IMG/VR virus record: IMGVR_UViG_3300022555_000019
Length of the DNA: 64,000 nt
Direction: 5' to 3' (one strand)
Origin: an uncultured virus (IMG/VR IMGVR_UViG_3300022555_000019)
Taxonomy: Duplodnaviria > Heunggongvirae > Uroviricota > Caudoviricetes
Below are positions 27,916-38,606 of the stretch, one piece after another. Under the pieces are notes generated by a model, which saw only the letters and a program-made list of their open reading frames with translations, was not told the DNA's origin and did no database searches. A program made the translations under genes and the position numbers. Every line of letters begins with the position of its first letter. The first letter of the stretch is position 1.

Positions 27916-28346
27916 AATATTTAAATGAAACATATGCATCTGACGTAATAACAAAAATGATAGATTGGAAAAGAATTAATGATGAATTATTATCCGATGC
28001 AAAAGAAAATTTTGATTTAATAATAGAAATGTTTGATGCTATAGGTGAAATTAGAATAGAATTCAACGATATAAAACATTCTAATGGAAAATGTGTACTG
28101 TGTATTATGCGAACAGACACATACTTAAGTTTTAGTGAGAGGGATCGTAAAAAAGGAAAAGCGTTGGATGTCTATTCAAAAGAATTAGGTGTTAATTATC
28201 AAACAAGGCTGCCTTTAAGCTATTATTTAAAAGAACATATAGATTATGAAATGATTGCTATTATATTAGATGGATTAATTCAAAAATACCCAAATATTAT
28301 AAAAAGCATCCGAACAAATAGAACATCTATAAAATTTGATCTATAA
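27912..28346 (+). CDS. MKYLNE...KFDL family protein
   Basis: MKYLNETY...IKFDL. Confidence 0.75.
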   Translation: MKYLNETYASDVITKMIDWKRINDELLSDAKENFDLIIEMFDAIGEIRIEFNDIKHSNGKCVLCIMRTDTYLSFSERDRKKGKALDVYSKELGVNYQTRLPLSYYLKEHIDYEMIAIILDGLIQKYPNIIKSIRTNRTSIKFDL

Positions 28347-28359
28347 AAAAAATTAAAAT

Positions 28360-28788
28360 ATGAGAATAAAGAAAATATTAGAAACTGGAGAATGGTCAAG
28401 TGATGTTGATCTACAATACGTCAAAAATCACCCAGAAGACACTTGCGAAGAGTGTGAATGGATCAAAAGATTGAAAGAACATATAGACTACATTATTAAT
28501 GAAGTCGAAGCTGAAGGCGTTAAAATTAGCTTAAGAGATATTCGTGGATTCGATAAGTATCAAGGTCCGTATGCTCAAGTAAGTATAGAAGGTAGGACAT
28601 TCAAATTTTGGACAAGTGAAAACAATGAACTTTATATTGAAAACTTCATTGTTGACAATCAATCTGAAGATGGTAATAACGCTGGATTTGTTGGAAACAT
28701 GTATGATATTGCTAATACGATCATAATGGCATTTAAAAATAAACAAGAAATTGTAGAAAAATACGAAGAATATGGCAGATATAACTAA
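28360..28788 (+). CDS. hypothetical protein
   Basis: 142 aa. Confidence 0.7.
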   Translation: MRIKKILETGEWSSDVDLQYVKNHPEDTCEECEWIKRLKEHIDYIINEVEAEGVKISLRDIRGFDKYQGPYAQVSIEGRTFKFWTSENNELYIENFIVDNQSEDGNNAGFVGNMYDIANTIIMAFKNKQEIVEKYEEYGRYN

Positions 28789-29194
28789 GAAATTTAACGA
28801 TTTTATTGGTGGTAGATCAAAGGAATTTGATAAGATTGGCGAATTTAAACCGCTTGCCGATGATATTACAGTTCTAAAGAAACTTGACACTGGGGGTTAT
28901 GAAAAAATAGATGGAGATGTTAAAATACTTCAAGTAACTGGGGTAATTACAGACCCTGATGAAATAAAAAAATTAAATGAAATTTCTGGTGGGCCAGTTA
29001 TTAACACTGATATAAATTTGAAACAAGTAAAACGTGGGAATATAATTTTTTTAACGGTTTTACTTCAACGTCCATCTAACACAAGTACTTATAACACACA
29101 GAGTTACGGAGTATTAAAATGTAGAATCCAAGATATTTTTTACGGCTTAAATGTTTTAAATACTATTAAGCCAGAACAGGGTAAAATACTTTAA
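28772..29194 (+). CDS. hypothetical protein
   Basis: 140 aa. Confidence 0.7.
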   Translation: MADITKKFNDFIGGRSKEFDKIGEFKPLADDITVLKKLDTGGYEKIDGDVKILQVTGVITDPDEIKKLNEISGGPVINTDINLKQVKRGNIIFLTVLLQRPSNTSTYNTQSYGVLKCRIQDIFYGLNVLNTIKPEQGKIL

Positions 29195-29302
29195 AAATTG
29201 CAAGTGCTGATAATTTATGTATAACTACAAGGTCAAATAATTCCAGCAAAGGTTCTAAATTAAAACTTTAATATATAGAAAAATTTTTTATAACTTTGCA
29301 GA

Positions 29303-29458
29303 ATGAAAAAAGATAAATTTAACCCGCACAAAGAAGTACGTAAATTCCACAGGTTCGACAGATTAGAATCTGGTGCGGATCATAGAACTACATTTGTTCC
29401 TGATAAAAGCAAAAGAATCCCACCGAAAAAAATAATCATTCGGTATGAGGAGGATTAA
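29303..29458 (+). CDS. small basic protein (51 aa)
   Basis: MKKDKFNPHKEVRKFHRFDRLESGADHRTTFVPDKSKR...; directly after TAACTTTG (29291). Confidence 0.55.
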   Translation: MKKDKFNPHKEVRKFHRFDRLESGADHRTTFVPDKSKRIPPKKIIIRYEED

Positions 29459-29542
29459 GGCTTTTGAAGATTGGGAAGGATATGATGCATGGTGATGCCA
29501 ACGTAAATAGAATAAACTATCAAGAATATAAAACTTATTTGG

Positions 29543-29806
29543 CTAAAGAGAAGGGCAAGCGGTTTGATCTATAATTCTTAACTTTTCTTTTCTTAGTTCT
29601 CTTTTAGTAATAACATAATTTTCAACGCAAGTAATATACACTCTATAACCTTTTGGTCCTATAGCCATAACAGCGATTGAATATTTAGAATTGCAGACAT
29701 CCTCAATTATAAACTTATCGTATTTATTTACGCTATGTGGTGCTCCATCTACATCATACCACAATTGATCTTCATTTGAAAAAATTGTATCGCCTACCTC
29801 TAACAT
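29543..29806 (-). CDS. hypothetical protein with C-terminal RKEKL tag
   Basis: LEVGDTI...ELRKEKLRII. Confidence 0.65.
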   Translation of the reverse strand: MLEVGDTIFSNEDQLWYDVDGAPHSVNKYDKFIIEDVCNSKYSIAVMAIGPKGYRVYITCVENYVITKRELRKEKLRIIDQTACPSL

Positions 29807-30558
29807 GATTTATAAAGAATATTTTTAACATCAACATCATTAATATTGTCATACAATTGAAAATTACTGTATCTATATGTTATCATTTTATCATTAAGAA
29901 CAACCCATTTTCGGACACTATCGGCACTTATCTTATTTAACACCGTAGCATATGGTGCCGTTTGAACCCCAATAACATACTTACAACCAATCGATAAATT
30001 GGCGATATCAAGCAAGTTCATTTTCATCTCTCTGGTTGAAGGAACACCATCAACCTTATCTATGGTGATAACCTTATAGCCTTGTAGATCACTTTTAACA
30101 AATTTTATAAAATCAGCATGAGAATAATCATATTGACCAGAAAATCCAGCAGTGTTAAGTATTAAAAAATCATAATCCTGATATCGTCTAATCTCCAGAT
30201 CGTCATTGTAATAAAAAGTATCTTCCAATTTGTTGAAATAATGTGGGAATCCAAGCCTGTCAGCTAAATGATTATAAAATTCCAAATAGAATGTGTCATA
30301 ATAGATCAGCCCATCGTCTTTGGATGTGTTATTTATATATTCACCCCATTTATTTTCAGCCTGAATCCATAAATTTGTCCCAGTCATACCAAAAGGGACC
30401 AATGTTATATTTGAGTCTGCGTGTAGTTTCAACTCATGTAAATATAAAGGATTACATCCAAATTTTATTGTTAAATCTGGATTATTTTCTATCAATGTAT
30501 TTAGAAATATCAAAGAATATATGCAATCCCCCAAATGATAATGATTATAGCAGTCCAT
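29800..30558 (-). CDS. putative glycosyltransferase (GT-B, GT9-like)
   Basis: HLGDCIY; CKYVIGVQTAPY; context. Confidence 0.5.
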   Translation of the reverse strand: MDCYNHYHLGDCIYSLIFLNTLIENNPDLTIKFGCNPLYLHELKLHADSNITLVPFGMTGTNLWIQAENKWGEYINNTSKDDGLIYYDTFYLEFYNHLADRLGFPHYFNKLEDTFYYNDDLEIRRYQDYDFLILNTAGFSGQYDYSHADFIKFVKSDLQGYKVITIDKVDGVPSTREMKMNLLDIANLSIGCKYVIGVQTAPYATVLNKISADSVRKWVVLNDKMITYRYSNFQLYDNINDVDVKNILYKSC

Positions 30559-30959
30559 TATTTCTTCTCTCCTACTATCATAAACGAATTCATTCTATTA
30601 TTCCATGGTCTCCAATATACCTGAGAAAATGATGGTAAATACAAAAATAGCACACCGCCACTTTTTAGGGTTTTTGTCCAATAATTTAATGTATCTACCC
30701 AATTTTCAATATGCTCCAAGCAGTGACTTGAAAAGATATAATCAACATCCATTATAGGTAAATTCTCAGCATGATATCCGTCATTAAATGCCAAATCAAT
30801 TGGAATTGCCGTTGGAAATGCCCATTCTATGTTTTTACATCCGATATCATAACCAACCCCAGTACAAAATTGTTTTGCATATGGAATTGCATATTGCGCA
30901 GCAAACCCCATTGATTGAAGCTTTGGGTATTTATTATTTTTATAATCGATTAAATCCAT
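30558..30959 (-). CDS. class I SAM methyltransferase (short)
   Basis: GYDIGC, DYIFSSHCLEH, LKSGGVLFLYLP. Confidence 0.85.
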   Translation of the reverse strand: MDLIDYKNNKYPKLQSMGFAAQYAIPYAKQFCTGVGYDIGCKNIEWAFPTAIPIDLAFNDGYHAENLPIMDVDYIFSSHCLEHIENWVDTLNYWTKTLKSGGVLFLYLPSFSQVYWRPWNNRMNSFMIVGEKK

Positions 30960-30966
30960 GTTATAT

Positions 30967-31794
30967 TCATTTATTTATACTTCTTATAATATAATTTGCA
31001 ACAGCATCTTCGGATAAATAATCTTTATAATACTGCAAATTTTTGATATAAATATCATCAATATCTAATGATAATATATGATTAATCAAATTTTCATTTA
31101 GCTCATTCCAAGAATTTATTAAAAAAACAGGTGAATTACGATAATACCATATATCATTTTTATTCGTTGATATTACTATACAACCACTCCCAAACGATTC
31201 AGTATATCTGAAAGTATCAACACTGGTTCCGTCTGGTGCCAATGATATCTTTGTATCTCCTAATAATTTATAGTATTCATCAATTGGAACACCTGATCTA
31301 AATGTTGGTGTAACTTGGCTTAAAATATTAAATTTATTTGTTGATATCAATTGATTCAAATTATACATCAACACACTTCTATCGTAGATGCACATTTGAC
31401 CAGAATAAAATATATCGTACTTGCGCTCAGATATTTTTTTATCAGGATACATTTTCACCATTTTTTTACTTGGATCACTATGCATCGTCCAGTTATAACC
31501 GCAAGGTATTGGAAATATAAATTTTTCGTCAAATCTACCAGTTACATTATAAATTCGAAATATCGCAGCAACATCATCATTTGGATATGGATTTGATTCG
31601 AGCCTTCCCAACTCATCACCTGTAAGGATTACAATTTTTTTGTAATTAGTTTTAGGTAAAGTACGTAAATTTGGAGTTATAACAATTGAATAATCGCCAA
31701 TAAGCTGGTCTTTTATGATGTCATAAACATTATTTAAATATCTGGTCTCACACCAAAAATTCTCATCTATTTCATAAAATATTTTTTCGTTCAT
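30967..31794 (-). CDS. exostosin/GT47-like glycosyltransferase
   Basis: RKYDIFYSG, TKISLAPDG...TFRYTESFGSGCI. Confidence 0.7.
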   Translation of the reverse strand: MNEKIFYEIDENFWCETRYLNNVYDIIKDQLIGDYSIVITPNLRTLPKTNYKKIVILTGDELGRLESNPYPNDDVAAIFRIYNVTGRFDEKFIFPIPCGYNWTMHSDPSKKMVKMYPDKKISERKYDIFYSGQMCIYDRSVLMYNLNQLISTNKFNILSQVTPTFRSGVPIDEYYKLLGDTKISLAPDGTSVDTFRYTESFGSGCIVISTNKNDIWYYRNSPVFLINSWNELNENLINHILSLDIDDIYIKNLQYYKDYLSEDAVANYIIRSINK

Positions 31795-31795
31795 A

Positions 31796-32398
31796 TTAAA
31801 TATCTTTTGGTGTGATATATATGCAACCTCTTCTGGCACCATCTACTTCTTCATTGTAGTAATATATATATCCATCACTGCCATAAATATCATTAATATA
31901 GCTTTCAATGGAATCCCAATTATATTTGAAATTCGGGTAATAATCCCACCCCCAACCTGAATGACCAAGATTATGCATTCCTTCTGGGTGACTTTTTTCT
32001 GGAACAAAAAAATCATGTATTGCTATTATCGGTTTTACAACCATATTAACAAGTTCCTTTAATTCGAGTGGGGTTGGACAATAATCCCCCCAGTGAGCAT
32101 CTAAAAAAAATATTGCTTGCTTATCCTTAATTTCTTCTACTATATCCCTAATAATTGTGGAAGAATCGCCCAGATTAAATTTTATATTATTTTGATTCAA
32201 ACAATTTTGTTTAGCAATTTCTAAATATTCTGGGTTTAGCTCTATAGTAAAAACTTGATCAAAATTTTCAGACAACCAACTCGTTGTTTCACCCTGAAAG
32301 GTTCCAGTTTCCACGGCACATTCGATATTAAACTTTTTTTTCAATTTTATAAATTCTTGAGGAATATACGTATCCTCATTAAAAGGTAAATTTTTCAT
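31796..32398 (-). CDS. class I SAM methyltransferase
   Basis: VETGTFQGET, FTIEL, LGDS, FFLDAH. Confidence 0.8.
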   Translation of the reverse strand: MKNLPFNEDTYIPQEFIKLKKKFNIECAVETGTFQGETTSWLSENFDQVFTIELNPEYLEIAKQNCLNQNNIKFNLGDSSTIIRDIVEEIKDKQAIFFLDAHWGDYCPTPLELKELVNMVVKPIIAIHDFFVPEKSHPEGMHNLGHSGWGWDYYPNFKYNWDSIESYINDIYGSDGYIYYYNEEVDGARRGCIYITPKDI

Positions 32399-32432
32399 AG
32401 ATAGTTATATTATTTTTGTGATTAAAAGTTTC

Positions 32433-33404
32433 TTAAATTATTACTGTGCCATCACTTTCGAATTTGAAGTGAACTCTTTTTAGTTTTATTAAATTTTGGA
32501 TTTTACTTATTTGCGCTTCTTTTGGTATATAAAACAATAAAAACCCACCAGAACCAGCTCCTAATAATTTACCACCAATAGCACCATTTTTAATTGCCAA
32601 ATCATATATTTCATTGATACCATTATTGGATATGTTTGTAGATAATTTCTTTTTCAATTCCCAATTATAATTCATCAATTCACCAAACTCATTAAGCTTA
32701 TTAGTTTTTAATAGTTTTATAGCTTCACCAACATTATCCTTCATCTTAAACAACGTATCATTATTATATCCACTTTTTGTTTTATTGATCTGCTCCTTTA
32801 ATATGTCACTTGAATATCTATTATTGCCATAATAAAATAATGCCAGATTATTATTTAATTTTTCAAATATACTATCTTTAAATTCTATTTTTTTAACAAT
32901 AATATCATCCTTAGTAAAGATTATGTGATTAAATCCTCCTACCGCAGTCGAAATTTGATCTTGAGAACCAACATTCTCTTTAATGACTTCTTGCTCAATA
33001 TAAATAGCTTGTTTACCGTAATACGCTTTGTCGTAAATATTATTATAGTATGCATGAATAGCATTTAAAAGCCCGACAGTGAAAGATGATGACGACCCAA
33101 GCCCAGACTTTGCTGGTAAATCTCCCATGTAACTAATGTCCAATTTATCCTTCATGTTTAAATATTTAAGGCAATTCTTTATTGATGGGTGCTCTATATC
33201 ATCTAAATTATATACTTCTTCAATTTTAGAATACATAATTTTAATATTAAAATCGTAAATATCAGACAATTTTTTTACAAAAATGTATGAATATTTATCG
33301 ATAGTTGACACTAATACCTCACCACCATGCTCATTATAAAAGTCTGGATAATCTGTCCCGCCCCCAAAAAAACTTATTCTTAATGGTGTTCTTGATGATA
33401 TCAT
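32433..33404 (-). CDS. hddA: GHMP sugar kinase (heptose-7-phosphate kinase HddA-like)
   Basis: PLRISFFGGGTD, PAKSGLGSSS, GSQDQ, GGKLLGAGSGG. Confidence 0.88.
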   Translation of the reverse strand: MISSRTPLRISFFGGGTDYPDFYNEHGGEVLVSTIDKYSYIFVKKLSDIYDFNIKIMYSKIEEVYNLDDIEHPSIKNCLKYLNMKDKLDISYMGDLPAKSGLGSSSSFTVGLLNAIHAYYNNIYDKAYYGKQAIYIEQEVIKENVGSQDQISTAVGGFNHIIFTKDDIIVKKIEFKDSIFEKLNNNLALFYYGNNRYSSDILKEQINKTKSGYNNDTLFKMKDNVGEAIKLLKTNKLNEFGELMNYNWELKKKLSTNISNNGINEIYDLAIKNGAIGGKLLGAGSGGFLLFYIPKEAQISKIQNLIKLKRVHFKFESDGTVII

Positions 33405-34327
33405 TTTTCTATATTGTTTTTATACCAGTGTATAGTATTACTTAACCCCTCATCCATACTGGTATCACAATATAAATTTAAGTTATTTAATCTTGACACA
33501 TCAAAGACCTTTACCATTTGCCCATTTGGTTTTGATGTATCCCAAATAAGGTCACCATTAAAATCTACTAATTCTTTTATTTTAATGCTTAATTCCTTTA
33601 TAGATATACCAATTCCACTTGAAATATTTACTGGTTCACTTGAATTATATTCATCTATAAAAAATGGTATTGTTTTAACTACATCTTTTATGTAAACAAA
33701 ATCTCTTATGGGATCACCCGATCCCCACAGTGTAACATTATCTTTTTTAATTTTAGCTTCATAAAATTTTCTTATTAATGCTGGTATAACATGAGAATTA
33801 TTAAGATCGAAATTATCAAATTCACCATAAACATTTCCAGGAATTAAAACAATAGAATTAAAATTATATTGCTTCCTATAATATTTTGACATTACCAATA
33901 ACATTTTTTTAGATATTGAATATGCAGCACTTTCTTCTTGTGGGTAACCATTCCACATTTCATCTTCTGAAATGGGGGATTTGGCGGTTGATGGATAAGA
34001 ACACCCACCCATAAATGTAATCATTTTTTCAACATTATATTTATGAGCATACTTAAACATAAATATATTTATTAATGCATTATCATTGAAAAATTCTACT
34101 GGATATTCTTTATTAGCCAAAATCCCGCCAACTTTACCAGCCAAGTTAATAACAACATCTGGATTTATATCTAAGAACATGTTATCAACTTCCGACTCCT
34201 TTGTTAAATTGTAATTACTTTTGAGTACTTTAACAATATTACAATTTGTGTATTTTTCATCTATGATCGAGCATAAATTTGAGCCAATAAATCCATTTGA
34301 TCCAGTTATTAAAATAGTTTTTGTCAT
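33401..34327 (-). CDS. fcl: GDP-L-fucose synthase-like epimerase/reductase
   Basis: ITGSNGFIG, LAGKVGGILAN, CSYP, YSISKK, SHVIPAL, WGSGDPIRDF. Confidence 0.88.
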   Translation of the reverse strand: MTKTILITGSNGFIGSNLCSIIDEKYTNCNIVKVLKSNYNLTKESEVDNMFLDINPDVVINLAGKVGGILANKEYPVEFFNDNALINIFMFKYAHKYNVEKMITFMGGCSYPSTAKSPISEDEMWNGYPQEESAAYSISKKMLLVMSKYYRKQYNFNSIVLIPGNVYGEFDNFDLNNSHVIPALIRKFYEAKIKKDNVTLWGSGDPIRDFVYIKDVVKTIPFFIDEYNSSEPVNISSGIGISIKELSIKIKELVDFNGDLIWDTSKPNGQMVKVFDVSRLNNLNLYCDTSMDEGLSNTIHWYKNNIEK

Positions 34328-35253
34328 AAATTTGTAAACATGTTATTTTTTATAATTTTATATCCTTTTATCAATTCCTGTATTCCATCATCTAAACTAT
34401 TTTTAAAAATAAATCCAGTACTTTCTATTTTTTCATTACTAACAATATAATTTCTCTTATCAGTATCCTTATTAAATTCAGATAAAAAAACGTTAAAATC
34501 TGGCACGTATTCCTTTATTTTTTCAGTTAATTCTATTTTATTTAAATTTGCATTACTTAATCCTAAATTATACACTTGATTTTTCATTTTATCAAAATTA
34601 TTAATAGAATACAAAAACGCATTTGCAACATCTCTAACATGAACAAAATTTCGCTTAAAATGAGGTTCAAATAATACAATATATTTATCAAATATTGCTC
34701 TGTATGTAAAATCATTTACCATTAAATCTATTCTCATTCTTGGACTTGCCCCAAAAACTGTTGCCAATCTGAACGTTATAGAATTTTCATTTTCCATAAC
34801 AATTTCTTCACTCATAGTTTTAATTTTACCATATAAACTTATTGGCTTTAATGGGGTCTCCTCTGTACAAAAAATACTATCTTCACCAACACCGTAGCCA
34901 CTGTTAGTATTCGGGTACAAAATCCATTGGGATTGACTCTTATACTTCAAAATAAGTTTTATTGCTTTATAATTTATAGTTCTTGCGGCTGTAGCATCCT
35001 TGTCACACGCTTCAGCACCAACCACTGCGGCTAAAGGTATAATAATATCATTATTTCTAACCAAATCCTTTATTATATTCTCATTTCTGACATCATTATC
35101 AATTATTGTCAAATTCTTATTATAGCAACACTCCAAAAGTGAATGCTGATTATAATAAAAATTATCCAAAACTGTAACTTGATGATTTTGTAGCAAGGTC
35201 GGGGTTAAAATTGATCCAATATACCCAGCTCCACCAGTTATTAAAATTCTCAT
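34324..35253 (-). CDS. NAD-dependent epimerase/dehydratase
   Basis: ITGGAGYIGS, YGKIK, FRLATVFGASPRMR. Confidence 0.9.
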   Translation of the reverse strand: MRILITGGAGYIGSILTPTLLQNHQVTVLDNFYYNQHSLLECCYNKNLTIIDNDVRNENIIKDLVRNNDIIIPLAAVVGAEACDKDATAARTINYKAIKLILKYKSQSQWILYPNTNSGYGVGEDSIFCTEETPLKPISLYGKIKTMSEEIVMENENSITFRLATVFGASPRMRIDLMVNDFTYRAIFDKYIVLFEPHFKRNFVHVRDVANAFLYSINNFDKMKNQVYNLGLSNANLNKIELTEKIKEYVPDFNVFLSEFNKDTDKRNYIVSNEKIESTGFIFKNSLDDGIQELIKGYKIIKNNMFTNL

Positions 35254-35254
35254 A

Positions 35255-36352
35255 TTACCATCCTTTCTTTATTGTTTTTACTATTTTTTTAATGTCAGAA
35301 TTCGATAAACCATAATGAATTGGTATATTTATCTGATTATTATCAAAATATTCTTGGCTTACTAATCCACGTGTTTTTCCAAAAATTGTATTCTTATCTA
35401 TTCTTTGGTGAATAACAGATGTTGGTATACCATTATCTTTTAGCATTTTTATAAAATTATCTCTTTTTTCAACTAACATTGTATATAACCAATAAGTACT
35501 TTCTCTATCATTTTTATAATTCAATAATTTAATACCATCAAAATTTTTAAACTCTTCATTATAAATTCTCGCTATTTCTTTGTGCTTATCTAAAACCTGA
35601 TCAATACCAACTAAATTACCCAACCCAACAGCAGCAACTAAATTATTCATGTGATATTTAAACCCTATATTAGTTATATCATATTGCCGCTCACCTAATA
35701 AAGATGGTTTAGAGTTTTCTTTGTCAATACCAAACCATTTAATTTTTTTTGCTAATGTATAGTCCTCTTCATTTAAACAGCATAACAATCCACCATCTCC
35801 TGTGGTCATATGTTTTATTGACTGAAACGAAAACGCTGTAAATTTAGAAATAGAACCTATATTTCTATTTTTATAAGTTGAGCCCAATGCATGTGCAGCA
35901 TCCTCTATAACAGATAAATTATATTCATTTGCAATGTCGTTAATTTCATCCATATCACAAGGATATCCACCCCAATGAATCGCAATTATAGCTTTGGTCC
36001 TTTTTGTTATTTTTTCTCGTATTTTTTTAGGGTCTATATTTCCAGTATCGCTTTGGATATCTACAAAAATTGGGATCGCTTTTTCGTATAATACACTTAA
36101 CCCAGTCGCAACAAAGGTTTGCGGTGATAATATGACCTCATCATCAACATCTACCCCAGATAACCTAATCGCTAAATGTAAAGCAGATGTACAACTATTT
36201 AACGCAACAGGATTAATAAAGTTAAATTTTTCAGTTAGTTTTTTTTCAAATAATCTTACATAATCCCCATCGTTTAGGAATCCGCTATCTAAGACTTCAT
36301 TTATATACTTTTTAACTTCTTTTTTTGATATGTTAGAATGATGTAAATTCAT
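35255..36352 (-). CDS. DegT/DnrJ/EryC1/StrS sugar aminotransferase
   Basis: NSCTSALHLA, IEDAAHALG, FSFQSIKHMTTGDGG. Confidence 0.93.
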   Translation of the reverse strand: MNLHHSNISKKEVKKYINEVLDSGFLNDGDYVRLFEKKLTEKFNFINPVALNSCTSALHLAIRLSGVDVDDEVILSPQTFVATGLSVLYEKAIPIFVDIQSDTGNIDPKKIREKITKRTKAIIAIHWGGYPCDMDEINDIANEYNLSVIEDAAHALGSTYKNRNIGSISKFTAFSFQSIKHMTTGDGGLLCCLNEEDYTLAKKIKWFGIDKENSKPSLLGERQYDITNIGFKYHMNNLVAAVGLGNLVGIDQVLDKHKEIARIYNEEFKNFDGIKLLNYKNDRESTYWLYTMLVEKRDNFIKMLKDNGIPTSVIHQRIDKNTIFGKTRGLVSQEYFDNNQINIPIHYGLSNSDIKKIVKTIKKGW

Positions 36353-36866
36353 TTTTTAGTTCGTTATATTTTTGGATGATTTTTGACCCATCTATTATTT
36401 TAATTAATTTCGCTGGGTTCCCCTTATACACTCCCCATTCAACGGTGTCTCCTACCAATAAACTACCCGCACACAATAGCACACCCTTTCTTAATATCGA
36501 ACCTGGTAAGACTATTGAATTTGTTCCAATGTTTGAAAACATTTCCATAATTACATGTTCTTTTATTTGTCGCCCCCTATATTTATCTGGTATCATAGCA
36601 CCAAACAATCCAGAGTCATCAAATCTATCTGAACTGCAAATTATTCTGGAACCAGCCATAATATTATTAAATCCATTTGCAATAAATTCACCATCTTTAC
36701 CACCAATACAAGTTACATAGGGACTAATATGCACGAAATCGCCTATAACTAAAGATGTTGTGCAATAAAACCCCTTATCTATTGCTACACGATTTCCTAT
36801 TATTATCAAATCTGGGGATTTAAAAACAACATCACTATCAATAACAACATCCTTTCCAATTATCAT
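36333..36866 (-). CDS. hexapeptide-repeat acyltransferase
   Basis: IIGKDVVI, IGDFVHI, IGTNSIVLPG, YKGNPAK; ATG at 36866. Confidence 0.85.
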   Translation of the reverse strand: MIIGKDVVIDSDVVFKSPDLIIIGNRVAIDKGFYCTTSLVIGDFVHISPYVTCIGGKDGEFIANGFNNIMAGSRIICSSDRFDDSGLFGAMIPDKYRGRQIKEHVIMEMFSNIGTNSIVLPGSILRKGVLLCAGSLLVGDTVEWGVYKGNPAKLIKIIDGSKIIQKYNELKNEFTSF

Positions 36867-37780
36867 ATATAAAAAACATCTTTTATATTTACTGAAAATA
36901 ATATTCCAGCGGATGATGTTCCGCAATGTTTACAAATCAAATAATCACACATACCTAACAATAATGCTTGAGTCAAGCACTCATCACCTAATAATTTTCC
37001 ATGTAAATCTCTTGGTGGATTTTCATAATACCAAGTTGAAGAATTTTCACAATGTTCAATTGGTTGAGTTGTTCTTCTAAAGACATCTAAATATAATAAA
37101 TTATCAAAATTCTCCTTAAATAATTCAACACAATCATTATCCTCAGTTACCAAAAAAATACTATCTATGTCAGTAAACTTATTTAGAATATCTTTAGTGT
37201 GTTCTAAGTAGTTAAATTTTGTATGGGTACCATACATACTATGAAATTTATTCATTTCGTTTAATCTTGCCATAACACCTAAAATCTTCTTGTTCTTGAA
37301 ATTTAAGTTATAATATGAATCTACATTATCCTTAATGTGCTTTCTAATTTTAAAAAAATCATTAAAAAAGCTTTTTGCTACTTTCACCTCATCCACAATC
37401 CCACCATTCCAAAAATGGTTGGATTGATTAAAACTATTTAGAAAAATATTGAAATCTAACACTTCATCCGCTGATGATGGTATTTGTTGCTCAAACCACC
37501 AATTCCAAGTGTTTTCATCATCCATTTTTACTTCTGGTTCGGCAACTGGTACAGTTCCACAAAACGCTGTATTATTTTCAATTCCACGTATTTTATTAGC
37601 ACCATTTTCATCTAATTTAATACCAGCAAAATATGGAACAGCACTAAACCGTGTTTGTGTAAGTTCAACATATGGTATTAAATTGTTTCTCTTTGCTTCA
37701 ATAGAAGTAGATAACACTGTAAAAAAATCAGCGAAAAACCCCCCAGTGCTACAATCATTTCCTATTTTTCCAAATATCAT
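36863..37780 (-). CDS. NodZ/O-fucosyltransferase-like protein
   Basis: GGFFADF, ILGVMAR, IFLVTED, LGMCDYLIC. Confidence 0.65.
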   Translation of the reverse strand: MIFGKIGNDCSTGGFFADFFTVLSTSIEAKRNNLIPYVELTQTRFSAVPYFAGIKLDENGANKIRGIENNTAFCGTVPVAEPEVKMDDENTWNWWFEQQIPSSADEVLDFNIFLNSFNQSNHFWNGGIVDEVKVAKSFFNDFFKIRKHIKDNVDSYYNLNFKNKKILGVMARLNEMNKFHSMYGTHTKFNYLEHTKDILNKFTDIDSIFLVTEDNDCVELFKENFDNLLYLDVFRRTTQPIEHCENSSTWYYENPPRDLHGKLLGDECLTQALLLGMCDYLICKHCGTSSAGILFSVNIKDVFYI

Positions 37781-37827
37781 ATTTTTTCATATAATTTTTT
37801 AAAAACTGTATATTTCTGTTCTCTCGC

Positions 37828-38601
37828 TCATAATATATCTTCATAATATTTTTGAACTACGGAGGTTTGAAGTTGCCCTTCTCTTGAATATCCATAAAAT
37901 AAAGAATCAAATCCACTGCCAATATCCAAACAAGTTACTTGATTTTCAAATTCCATTGTTTTGTGAATTAAAGACCTTGCTGGTCTACTACTACTAAATA
38001 ATACAATAGTATCTTTTTTGGTATTTTTTAAAATATTTGAAAGTATTTCATCATATTGATAGATTACTCCATTCAAAGGGACTTCAACTAATGAATCAAC
38101 ATTCAAAAATCTTGATACTCCGTCATGTAGTCTTTTTGGTCCAACAAAAATCTTATTTCTTTTACTATTTTTAATAGCATTGAAGAAGTCATATTTCTCT
38201 TGGCATAGTGTGTTTTGTAATAATATTTCAAAATTTACCAAATTAACACTACAATTTTGAGTATTTTTAACCAATTCTGCCATATAATCCCCCCACGGTC
38301 CCCAAGTCCATTCTGCTATGTAAATTGGATTAATTTTAAACTCATTAAAGAACGCCCACGCATTTGCAGTTTTTTGACCCAACCCATTAACATCAAATGG
38401 GTGGTGATCGCAATCTTCTTTACCCCAAGCTACTAAAACTTCTGGGTTTTTACTTGATTCAATTGAAATCAAATCCCCATCACCAAATTTAACAAATGAG
38501 AAATTGTTGTTATTTTTAATAAAATCTGTCCACATAGTTAATGTATCTAAAATTTTTTTAAAATAATCAGGTTCATACGTTCTACTCGAAATTATTTCCA
38601 T
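37828..38601 (-). CDS. GT-D fold (DUF1792-like) glycosyltransferase
   Basis: FSFVKFGDGD and LDIGSGFD. Confidence 0.65.
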   Translation of the reverse strand: MEIISSRTYEPDYFKKILDTLTMWTDFIKNNNNFSFVKFGDGDLISIESSKNPEVLVAWGKEDCDHHPFDVNGLGQKTANAWAFFNEFKINPIYIAEWTWGPWGDYMAELVKNTQNCSVNLVNFEILLQNTLCQEKYDFFNAIKNSKRNKIFVGPKRLHDGVSRFLNVDSLVEVPLNGVIYQYDEILSNILKNTKKDTIVLFSSSRPARSLIHKTMEFENQVTCLDIGSGFDSLFYGYSREGQLQTSVVQKYYEDIL

Positions 38602-38606
38602 AACTT